A DNA stretch of 64,000 nt from Octopus bimaculoides (taxonomy: Eukaryota). The first letter of the stretch is position 1. Every line of letters begins with the position of its first letter. The stretch is taken from contig NC_069007.1 of NCBI RefSeq assembly GCF_001194135.2, positions 11,555,691 to 11,619,690 of the forward strand. Reading direction: 5' to 3'. The translations under genes and the position numbers were made by a program. The notes below the pieces were generated by a model, which saw only the letters and a list, made by a program, of their open reading frames with translations, was not told the origin of the DNA and ran no database searches. Shown here piece after piece: positions 1 through 10,416 of this stretch.

Positions 1-690
1 CCCTCTTTTAATTGTAATCCCTCCAATATCTCCGATATCTCTTGATATCTCTTCATATCTCTCAATATCATAACGTATCTATAGCGATATAATCAGTGTG
101 ATAAACCTTAAACCTGCTCCGTTGGATAAATTATGGTGTTTTTGTGATGTCCAGAATGTGGTGGCATGTTGAACAAGATAAAGTGTGTGTGGTGATGACA
201 ACAAGGATGTCATTGATAGCGACGCCTGGTTGTCATCACCATCATCATCACAATCATCATTTTCATTGTTTCCTTCATCATAACTAATCACCCATCACCA
301 ACATCCCCCTCCCTTCCTCCTCCTCCACTTCTTCCTCCACCTCTACCTCCCTTCCTCCTCCTCCACCTCTACCTCCTCTCCTTCCTCTTCTCTCTCCTTC
401 CCTTCTTTCTCCTCTTCTATCTCCCCTTCCCTCCTTTTCTTCCCCTCCTTTTCTTCCCCTCCTCTTCCTCCTCCTCTTCTCTCTCCCCTCCTCCTCTTCA
501 TCATAACCACCACCACCACCACCACCATCATTATTATCATTGACACACCATCATCATTATCAATGCTATTATCATTATCATTGTAATCTTCATCAACTTG
601 CTTAAAATAGTAGCCAAATGTCCCTCAAATCACAATTACCTCCTTAATTACAAAAAGACTGATTGGATTATATAGTCCCACACAGCAGCT

Positions 691-1126
691 TTAATCCTTT
701 TGCATTTAATCTGGCCATACCCAGCCCCAGCCCAAATACTCTATCTGTTTCATGTTCAAACCATCCAGATCTAGCCTCTCACACCGACCTTACAATGTCA
801 TTCTAAAGATAAACAATGACATCATTGAAATCTTGAAGCCCCAGGATAATACATGATTAATTCAAGACAATGTGAATAAATAAGAATTACGTTTGACAGA
901 ATAATTTGAACACCGAGGGGTTAAACCAGCCATCATGTCTGGCTGAAATATTCTACTTGTTTTATGTTCAGACTAGCCAGGTCCAGCCTCTCACACCAAC
1001 CCTGTAATGCTGTTCTACAAATTAACAATCAGGTCATTGAAATCTTGAAGCTCCAAGATAATGCATGATTAATTCAAGACAATGAGAATAATTAAGCATA
1101 ACATTTGACAGGGTAATCTGAATGCT
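691..1126 (+). mobile_element. Tandem dimer of a ~215-bp piggyBac-like MITE
   Basis: Two diverged ~215-bp units. The start TTAATCCTTTTGCATTT and internal junction GAGGGGTTAAAC resemble the TTAACCCTTTAGCAT/ATGCTAAAGGGTTAA termini seen intact at 56441-56460. TTAA-flanked CCCT..AGGG ends are typical of piggyBac. Confidence 0.65.
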
Positions 1127-1266
1127 GGGATAAAAAGACAGAATGGTCAAGGCTGGAATGTCTGAGATCAGGTATATCTAACTTCTTGGCTACCTACGTG
1201 CTTCATATGGTCCACAGATATGCCATGAGTTTTCTGCAGCCAGTTACCAAAGGAGAGGCTATTGCA

Positions 1267-1566
1267 ATGTTTATATTGCATTATATCAGTGTGTGTGTGT
1301 CTTTTTTGGTTGCAACAGATGTCACAGTTGCAACAGATGTCACAGATGCAAAACATGTCACAGATGCCACCGCTGCAACAGATGTCACAGATGCAACAGG
1401 TGTTACAAAAGCAACAGATGTCACAAATGCTACAGCTGCAACAGATGTCACAGCTGCAACAGATGCACCCATTTCAGTTTTGAAGATAGTTTTAACTATT
1501 ATTCTTTTCCTTGTTTCAGTCATTAGACTGCAGTCATGCTGGTGCACTGCTTTGAAGAATTTTTAA
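1267..1566 (+). CDS. Possible small Thr/Ala/Asp-rich mucin-like ORF (99 aa) built on an 18/9-bp minisatellite
   Basis: MFILHYISVCVSFLVA + (ATDVT-x)n + hydrophobic C-terminus. All repeat units are multiples of 3, and unit variants are often synonymous in this frame (gccaccgct vs gctacagct = ATA). The C-terminus runs into SINE sequence and there is no homology evidence. Confidence 0.3.
   Translation: MFILHYISVCVSFLVATDVTVATDVTDAKHVTDATAATDVTDATGVTKATDVTNATAATDVTAATDAPISVLKIVLTIILFLVSVIRLQSCWCTALKNF
1312..1467 (+). repeat. Minisatellite GCAACAGATGTCACAnnn (18 bp) with a 63-bp higher-order unit (18+18+18+9)
   Basis: Directly visible tandem repeats. Confidence 0.9.
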
Positions 1567-1690
1567 TTGAACAAGCCTGGTACTTAATCTATTGGTCTCT
1601 TTTTGCTAAGAACCGCTAAGTTACAGGGATATAAGCAAACCAACACCAGCTGTCAAGTGGTGGTGGAGGACAAACACAAAGACGCACACA
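1495..1690 (-). mobile_element. SINE family S1, 3' half
   Basis: Reverse complement of the S1 tail seen in full at 9690-9879 (..ccagcatggccacagtcaaatgactgaaacaagtaaaag). Confidence 0.8.
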
Positions 1691-2084
1691 CATATATCCG
1701 GCACGTGCCGCCAGTAATTACTCAGGGTAGGCATCTGGTGACCTTTATGTAGTAAAACGCACAAAAATACAACTGTTGAAGGCAGATTTATTTCTGCCTT
1801 TACAGCATGTAAAGAAAACGGTGCTGTAGGAATGTACGCAGCACGTGTACTACAGCACTAGTGTGCATAACTTAAATACTGAGATTGAAAGGCAGGGGTG
1901 AATTATGCCTAGCTAATCTATCAAAAAAATAGAATATTTTGTATTTTATGCATTATAATCAGAGTAACCTTGATAATTTTATTGAATGAGGTGCATATTT
2001 TGCTATAAAAGGAAAATGTTGCTATCGATCTGTTTTATTCAAGGTAGGCACTGCCAGCCTTGCCTACCTAAGCAGCAGATCCCT

Positions 2085-2128
<44 letters not shown>

Positions 2129-2152
2129 NNNNNNNNNNNNNTATGTATATAT

Positions 2153-2204
<52 letters not shown>

Positions 2205-2208
<4 letters not shown>

Positions 2209-2362
2209 GATAGGCTTCTTTCAGTTTCTGTCTACCTAATCCACTCACAAGGCTTTGGTCGGCTTAAGGCTACAGTAGAAGACACTTGCCCAAGGTGTCA
2301 CACAGTGAGGCTGAACCCAGAACTATGTGGTCAGGATGCAAGCTTCTTATCACACAGCCATG
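2205..2362 (-). mobile_element. SINE family S1, 5' half
   Basis: Reverse complement of the tRNA-like head of 9450-9610; ends in (TA)n. Confidence 0.8.
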
Positions 2363-4101
2363 GTGTTTTAATATTTAGTGTTGTATTCTGGATGCAATAG
2401 ATCATGAAGGGTTGAAAAGTGCTGCCTTGATTCATAAGTTTACAGGTTTGCTGGATGAAAGCTGACCTAGGGTTAAATATCACAGATAGCAACAAGAGAA
2501 CTCTGTTTATAAGTGAATTTGACAAAGGCTTGTTAAAATACATGGAAACTGGTTTTTATGTCTTAACCTTCATCTTGTTATGTAGAATCCACCTTCAAAA
2601 CTAATTTGTCTTTATCACTTATATTTCTTGTTAATCCGACTTTGACCATCCCATCTTTTATACAGTTAAATGCATCTCAAATCATCTCTCCAAAGTCCTA
2701 TCCAGGCTCTTTTGTTTTTTATTTTCAAGAAAACGGGGTGTGATTTGAGAAAGATTTGGCTATTGTTTCTTGCTCCTTGAGTGACCCTGTAGAAGCCCTT
2801 CTCATTGGTTCATAATCAAAGATGTTTATTTTGGTATTGGTCATCCTATATTTTATTCAGACACGGTGAATTTTAGATTGCATTATCCAATGTCACATAC
2901 TGCTTTCTTTATAAAACCACAGTAGGTGCATGATTTGAGAAAGATTTCACTGCTATTACTAGCATGCTATGTAACTATGTACAAGGACAGATATGGTTGT
3001 TTTGTCAACAGACCAGTTTTATTGAGCAGTAAAACCTCACTAATTACAAAGATTCAATCATTTATGACTCTGTTATGGTCTTGTGGTTTGTGCCAATTCT
3101 TCTATCCCCCCCCCCCCNNNNNNNNNNTTGCTTGTTAAATTTCTTCTAGTAAACAAACATTACATTATATATATATGTGTGTGTATATATATGTATATAC
3201 ATGCATGTGTGTGTGTGTTTGCATGTGTATATGGGTATGTATCTCTGTTTGTGTATGTATGTGTGGGTGTACACACACACATATATGCTTGTGCATATAT
3301 AATTCTATTTTCTTTTATGATCAGTCTTCTGTAAAGAAAACATAACATCTTCATGTCATAGCATCTTCTGCGCAAAGTAGTATCAACTGTTCACAAGTCC
3401 TCACTAAATGGTGAGCACCATCTACACTTTACCATACTGAGTTCTTCAGCCTTTGATGAAACTAAACAACTGGGTTACATATTAGCAGTAGCATAAGACA
3501 GACCTGACATATTTAAATAGATGTATGCATATATATATATATATTTTTTTTCTTTTCTTTTATTTTATATTGTATATTGTATATTATATTATATATTGTA
3601 TATTCCATATTCTATACCCCACATTAGTTCTGCAGGAATATAAATAAAACATAAAAAACAGACAGTGTTGGAACTCTTTTAAACAAAATAATATATTCCT
3701 CTATACACAATCATACAAAATAACCCACCTTTTTTGTATTTATTTTTACTCGCATATATATATATATATATATAGATATATATATATATATATATATATG
3801 GGTTCGGTTGACTCCATTACCCTTCATAACCTTTATTATTATATATTTATATATACACACACACACCTTCAACAATGTAACTACATGCATGCTGTTGGCG
3901 ATTTCTTCTCCTTCTTTGGATTTTTCCCTTTCTCTTTTCTTTTGTGATGAAGAGCTATGCTCAAAACATCAAACTCTCTCCTTTCACTGACCATCAAACT
4001 AATACATTTCTTGTGCACATCCTCATGGTGTCTGTTTCTATTCATTTATTTTTTAATTGACTATATGTGTGTGTGTGTGTATATGTATAAATGGGTGCAT
4101 A

Positions 4102-4147
<46 letters not shown>

Positions 4148-4340
4148 AAAGAAGGAGGCAGAGTAAAGTGTGACATGCAATCAAAATTGGACACAGAAGT
4201 AGGCTCCAGAATCCACTCTAGCATCCAGTACAGTAAGATGTGGGGGCACCAAACTTGGGATAGACTAGATTGTGGAATACAAACGAAATAGTAGAAAGAA
4301 ATAATAAACAGAAAACATGTGATATTCGAACCTTTATAAA

Positions 4341-4428
4341 GACATACACGTGTTTTGCCAACATGCCAAAATAATTACATAACAAGTAAAAATATTATGC
4401 AATCATGCACTTCACCTCATCAACAACC
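4341..4428 (-). ncRNA. Degenerate type I hammerhead ribozyme motif (family A)
   Basis: Minus strand reads TTGATGA-ggtgaa..long stem II..c-AAAA-cacgtg-TA-tgtc. Homologous to 4967-5056. C3>U and G12>A substitutions. Confidence 0.45.
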
Positions 4429-4966
4429 TGCCACAAACATTTATGTCACAACATTGTGGTTAGGTCCATCTATGTCTATGGTTCCTCTGATGCTTAGTTT
4501 TGACATTCAAACTTTTATGAGCTTCTATATACACTCAGTGACAAACATGCTCACTAACACACACACACACATACATATATGTGCATATATCTATAGACAC
4601 ATCCAGACACATATACATATGTGTTTGAGTGCGTATTCATAAATACATTAGAATTAACATCTTCTACAAAACAGTTGTCAGTTCAAATGTATTTATGAAT
4701 ACACACTGGAAAGTGAAAATATACATATATGTATGTATGTATGTATGAATATATANNNNNNNNNNNNNNNTATATATATATATATATATATTATCTTTTA
4801 CTTGTTTCAGTCATTTCAGTGTGGCCATACTGAGGCACTGCATTGAAGCGTTTTAGTTGGACAAATCAACCTCAAAACTTATATTTTTAAGCCTGATACT
4901 TATTCTGCATAATAGGGATGTATATTAGCACAAACGTAACGCTATACTTCATATTTTTTTAATGAG

Positions 4967-5056
4967 AACACTGATGAGGTGAATTGATAAGATTATGCAA
5001 TTTGGCCAAATGCTCGTGCAATTTTGTCAGTCGATTTACTGAAAGACATGTATGTT
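4967..5056 (+). ncRNA. Type I hammerhead ribozyme motif (family A)
   Basis: aaca-CTGATGA(4971-77)-ggtgaa..tttact-GAAA(5041-44)-gacatg-TA-tgtt. Stem I aaca/tgtt; 63-nt stem II with a 12-bp helix and a terminal atttggccaaat hairpin. Only the 15.2-16.2 pair is broken. Confidence 0.7.
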
Positions 5057-5667
5057 TTATAAAGCATGGAACACCAGTTATGTTTGCTGTATTTTTTATT
5101 AATACTATATATTTGTGTATACACATATATGCATACATAGTTGATTTCAGTGAATTGGATACACATACTCACTTTTACATATGGTAGATTTCAGATAATT
5201 ACACATGCATGCACATACACACATACATACACAAATACACACACACACACACACACACATGCATGCACACACACACACACACACACTCATGTATATATAC
5301 ATGCACACACATGCATAGTTCATCTCATTTAATTGTATACCCGGCAACGGTATAATTTGGATAATTGCAAGACTTTCCAAAACACCATTTAACATCAAGT
5401 TTATACAAAATTGATTGGTTAATTGTTTATGTAAATATATTAAATTTCAGTTAAGTGCAGATTTCTTTTTCCTTTTTGTTTTGTTCTGATTTCAATAAAA
5501 AAAAAATTGTGCAGTGTAGCATAAAATTTGACATTTATTTGATTTGATATCAAATAAATTGAAGAACCTTCTGTTTTCGGATGAGTTAAAATGACAGTAG
5601 GCAGTAATATTTTATGTTTACAAACAACCAATATCAAAAGAATCAAATGTATTCATGTTATTCTTAC

Positions 5668-5785
5668 CATTTCAAAGCATTAAAGATTATCCAAAACTCA
5701 GGTTCCAGTCTGGTTTTGTCTTTTATTACTTTCATTTGTTCAATGAAATTCGTCAACAAATAAAATTTCATAGCAGCTAGAATTT
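5668..5785 (-). CDS. Candidate coding exon (phase 1 to 2): EILAAMKFYLLTNFIEQMKVIKDKTRLEPEFWIIFNALKW
   Basis: Acceptor actatctttttag, donor tg|gtaaga, open frame over 118 nt of non-repetitive sequence. Product not recognised. Confidence 0.3.
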
Positions 5786-5834
5786 CTAAAAAGATAGTTT
5801 TCAATTAAATGGTGAATGAATACTATTTTCTTGT

Positions 5835-6530
5835 ATATATTAGTGACAGGGGAAGTATTAATACCAAAAGGTAATATTTATTCCTATTTAAACATAGATG
5901 TCCTGTTAGAACAAACTATACTGCTGTGGTTTCCACAAGAGAAATTCTCATACTGGCTTTTGATGCAAAATGCATTCTTGTTTATATTGTTAGCAGGGAG
6001 ATAAATCCCCGCCACCTCCAGTACCAAGACCACCAGGGCACATGATTTCAACCTTCTTTGGTCCTGTCAATGATGGACACTCAATTGCTTGGGACAGCAG
6101 CAATTCCTCACCCCACCAGCAATGTATAGGTTGACAATGTCAGAACAGGCGCTGGTGTTGCAATTAACCAGTTAGCTTGTGAAAAAATATATATTAGCAA
6201 CAGAGGCAGTATTAACACCGAGAGGTAATATTTATTCCCATTTAAATGTGGCTGTTGTGTTAGAACAAATTATACTGCTGTAGTTGCCACAAGAGAAGCT
6301 CTCATATTGGCTTTTGATGCAAAATGCACTTTTGTTTATATCACTAGCAGGAAGATAAATCCCCACCATCTCCAGTGCTGAGACCACCAGATCACTTGAT
6401 TTTGACTTTGGTTTTGTTAATGATGGATGCTTGGTGTCTAGAAATAGTAGCAATTTATCTCCCCTCCCCACCCCACCCCCACACGTTGATATATAGAATA
6501 ACAGTGCCAAAACAGTCACTGATGTCGTGA
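5835..6530. repeat. Diverged tandem duplication, ~354-bp period
   Basis: 5835-6188 aligns with 6189-6530 (e.g. tggcttttgatgcaaaatgca and gataaatcccc occur in both). Confidence 0.85.
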
Positions 6531-6922
6531 TTGGTCAGTGAGCTTGTTAAAAATTTTTTTTCCTTGTTTCCATTATCAATTACATTGGTCTGTGATTGAT
6601 TATTGAAACTGTTTCTTAATCCACATCACCATAGTCATTTTAATTGTATACGGTGAGGTGTATGGACATTGTTGTTGCAAGGGTTGGAATCTGGTTGAAT
6701 TTAGGTGAAGGAAGGAACCGCTCAGGACATGAAAGACATCAGAGGGGATCAGTGAAATAAAGTTTATTCTGAGACATAAACAAGGTAAGAGGGTGGAAGG
6801 AATAGGGAACTGGACACATAATGTGTATCTAAAATATACTTCAAACATTATATACACCATTCATGTATATACACAGCTACAATACATTACTGTCAACATT
6901 ATATACACCATATATATATATA

Positions 6923-6990
<68 letters not shown>

Positions 6991-6997
<7 letters not shown>

Positions 6998-7168
6998 ATA
7001 ATTAAGGGATCAGCAAATATTTGCTTCACCATTGTTTTTTCTTCTTGTTTTTGCCTTTGTGAGTTACAAGTGATGCTATCTGTGGAATTCTCAGCTTTTT
7101 TAGCTGCTATTTCTGAACTCCGGTATATGGTGAAGCAAATATTTGCTGATCCCTTAATTATGTTTATA
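6991..7168. mobile_element. Foldback/MITE with perfect 42-bp terminal inverted repeats, adjoining (TA)n
   Basis: 6991-7032 tataaacataattaagggatcagcaaatatttgcttcaccat is the exact reverse complement of 7127-7168. Confidence 0.85.
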
Positions 7169-7334
7169 AATATATATGAGCTTTTAAATAAGTTCTCCAC
7201 CAATAATGGTGCTTTCATACCGATGGGCTTGGTAAAAATTATTAATTGTTAATTGATTTATTAATTAATAAATTGATAATCCTTTACCCTTTTAATTTGT
7301 ATATATATATATATATATATATAGTACCATAGTA

Positions 7335-7647
7335 CCAAATATACCAGCATTGACATTAAAATACAGGACCAGATACTGCAACAGCTTGGGTTTAAAGGGC
7401 CCATAGCTCTTCAATATCCTTTCAAAATACCTGAGAGACATGCATGGTGTGGATGTAGGTGTCTTCAAAACAAAACTGGATCTCCTCCTGTTAAGGGTTC
7501 CAGATGAGCCTACCTCATGGCAGGGAATACAGATGAGAGCATCAGCATCAAACTCCCTCATTCACCAAGTTTGAAATAAAGAAAGTGTAGCACAGCCAAC
7601 GGTGGTGCCCCAGCATGACAGGAAGCTTTAAAGCTGAAACAAGTTTA

Positions 7648-7650
<3 letters not shown>
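7335..7650 (+). mobile_element. 3' end of an L2/Crack-like LINE (RT C-terminus plus tail)
   Basis: Translates YCNSLGLKGP*LFNILSKYLRDMHGVDVGVFKTKLDLLLLRVPDEP..RASASNSLIHQV*, matching the recalled C-terminal pattern (GPxLFNxLP..FKxKLD..PDEP..SNSL) of L2-group LINEs. Confidence 0.65.
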
Positions 7651-7697
<47 letters not shown>

Positions 7698-7704
7698 GTC
7701 TATA

Positions 7705-8335
7705 TTAAAGAAACTATTAACAAAGGCAAAATTCAACATGAACAAAAAGGATAGAGCATTCACAGTATCCAAGTGTAATGATAACAGATGTGGAACGTGT
7801 CAATAAATGCATACGGGTAGATCCATTAGAACAAAAAATGGACAGAGTTTCACAAATGCAGATATGAACTGCAAAAGCAGAAATTTGATCTACTGCATTA
7901 AGTGCCTGAATTGCGAGGAATTATATATATAGGCGAAAAGGGAAATGCATTATTGAAATGCTCACGAGTCAACAGACAACAAATCCGGACCATCAATGTT
8001 TGCCAAATTCCATTTGGTGAACATATAGACATGTGGTCATAAAATGTTTCTAATTTTTACTTTCCACAAACTACATGACACAAGTGAAGTTGGAAGATAA
8101 AAGAAAAACGCTTTATTAAAATGTTCAAACCTATTCTGAACGGAAGTAACAGCAATAATATAACAACCAATTAATGATGTGGATTAATAAATATAAACTC
8201 GTTACAGAATATCGGTACGCCTGGCAAACGTTGATGCTTAAGAGCATGCAGATTGATCAAAAAGGTATTCTAAAACTTCAGTTGGTTGGAGCATTCTAAG
8301 TGGTACTAAAGTTGTCAAGAACTCAATTGTCAGTT
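7705..8335 (+). mobile_element. Penelope-like element relic: GIY-YIG endonuclease fragment plus 3' tail
   Basis: KKLLTKAKF..KCNDNRCGTCQ*..MNCKSRNLIYCIKCLNCEELYI/GE..EHID..FIKMFKPILN. This is the Cys-rich linker plus GIY-YIG motifs of PLEs, with stops and frameshifts. Confidence 0.8.
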
Positions 8336-8482
8336 AAACTTATTTGAAATCTGATGAGTATTACAAAATATTTCTTTTAATGTTAAAATATAATAATAAA
8401 AATCGTGAAAACCAGACCATATTTTAGCTTTATTCAACTGATGTATTATTCTATACACATTCACACTAATTTGAAACAAAAT

Positions 8483-8561
<79 letters not shown>

Positions 8562-8811
8562 AATATACATATATACACACACACACACACACATATACAT
8601 ACATACATATATGTATATATATATATATATAGTTGCTAGAACTCTTCCAGACTTTGCATTTTAATATTTTGTTGAGGCATTGCAAAACTAGTAACCTGAT
8701 GTAAAACTCAATATACACATGCTGCAGAATGAAGCGTTATTTGAGTACAGATTGGTAGTAATAAGAAAATAACATGACAAAGGAATAAACAATCATCTTA
8801 TGAACTCCATT

Positions 8812-8870
8812 AGGTTACAGCAGTTTCTGCTATAAGATGCAGTGTACTCATTATTGCTTCATCAGAGCCT
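8812..8870 (-). ncRNA. Type I hammerhead ribozyme motif (family B)
   Basis: Minus strand reads aggct-CTGATGA-agcaat..tagca-GAAA-ctgctg-TA-acct. Homologous to 17050-17130. Confidence 0.55.
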
Positions 8871-8903
8871 TGAATATGAAATCCAGTTTATTTGGGGTAA
8901 GAA

Positions 8904-8984
8904 TTGCATGATGAAGCTATAGAGTGTTACTTAGGCACTGAACAAAGTGACCACTGCATCTGATAACAGAAACAGTTGTAAATG
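8904..8984 (+). ncRNA. Degenerate type I hammerhead ribozyme motif (family B)
   Basis: ATGATGA(8908-14, C3>A)-agcta..taaca-GAAA(8969-72)-cagttg-TA; inverted partner of 8812-8870. Confidence 0.45.
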
Positions 8985-9449
8985 AAGTTCATAAGATAAT
9001 CATTTATTTCGTTGTCATCTCATTTTCTTACATCTATATGAGACCTTATTACGAACATTTAGAATCTGTATAAAAGCTTCAGTTAACTGCTGTCATACAA
9101 TGAAGTTTAATTAACTTAATTAACTGCAGACACCTCTATATAGGTGTAGTTAATGTATACATATGTGCGTGTGCATGCACAAGTGTGTTTGTGTGTGTGT
9201 GTGTGTGTGTACACATACACATATGTATACATATACACACATTATCTCTGTAACTAAGTAATTAGTTTTGCCTGGAACTTATTCAGTCAGTCCAGCAGAT
9301 GAGCAAGCCATTAGACAAGTCTTCAGGTCCCAGTCAAATATTATTCTACAATAAATATAACTCTACCATTACCATTGACTACTGTCGCCCCACCCAACTT
9401 CATTAGTAAATGTTCTGTTGTTATCCATAAAGTTAATGAAAAAATAACA

Positions 9450-9626
9450 GGCGTAGGAGTGGCTGTGTGTTAAGTAGCTTGCTTACCAACCACATGCTTC
9501 CGAGTTCAGTCCCACTGCGTGGCACCTTGGGCAAGTGTCTTCTACTATAGCTTCTGGTCGATCGAAGCCATGTGAGTGGATTTGGTAGACGGAAACTGAA
9601 AGAAGCCTGTCGTATATATGTATGTA

Positions 9627-9673
<47 letters not shown>

Positions 9674-9879
9674 GTGTGTGTATATGTTTGTGTTTGTCCT
9701 CCCAACATCGCTTGACAACCGGTGCTGGTGTGTTTACGTCCACGTAACTTAGCGGTTCGGCAAAAGAGACCGATAGAATAAGTACTAGGCTTCCAAAGAC
9801 TAAGTCCTGGGGTCGATTTGTTCGACTAAAAGGCGGTGCTCCAGCATGGCCACAGTCAAATGACTGAAACAAGTAAAAG
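9450..9879 (+). mobile_element. SINE family S1, full length (tRNA-like head, internal (TA)n, LINE-related tail)
   Basis: A-box/B-box-like head (ggctgtgtgttaag..gagttcagtccc); more than 12 homologous copies in the window. Confidence 0.85.
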
Positions 9880-10373
9880 TGTAACCCAAAACCAGCAAAC
9901 ACTCACATACACACTCTCCCACATATTCCCACACACTTTTGTGTGGGGGAGTGTCTGCTCTCGTTTTACTGAGATTACAACCATGCTTTCATGCTTCCTT
10001 GGCTGCAATAATTTATTTATTGCAACAATTATTTTTCTACTTCACTGAGTTTTCTTTTGCTGACCAAGGAAGCATGAATCAAGGTGTGGTGGCTATTTTT
10101 GCCATGAAGTCAGGTAAACTGAAGCAAACAGATGATTATTTTTTTTCTTCAAGGACCAAATGCTTTGGTTGTTTTAGCAAGGCTTGGACTCTTTAGACAT
10201 CGCACATGTAGAATTATCTATATGACATAGTCAATGGGTAGGTGGAAAGGCTTGTGCTGTGACCATGCTGGAGCACTGCCTTTAGTCAAGCAAATTGACC
10301 CTAGGACTTATTCTTTGTAAGACCGATACTTATTCTATTAAGTTTCATAAAAGCATGAAACTATTAGTAGCTC

Positions 10374-10416
<43 letters not shown>

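Noticed and set aside
8350-8420. CTGATGA...GAAA at 8351 and other isolated CTGANGA words (3443-, 38775, 44714, 45535)
   Set aside because: Stem III/UH or GAAA cannot be formed, so these are not hammerheads.
8665-8697. ttgttga-ggcattgc-aaaa-ctagta hammerhead-like remnant (also a trace at about 8255-8290)
   Set aside because: Three or more core lesions make it too degenerate to claim, although the palindromic actagt and the proximity to the PLE are suggestive.
9450-9530. tRNA-like A/B-box sequences in SINE heads (also about 58730-58790)
   Set aside because: They do not fold into a full cloverleaf and continue into SINE bodies, so they are SINE heads rather than tRNA genes.
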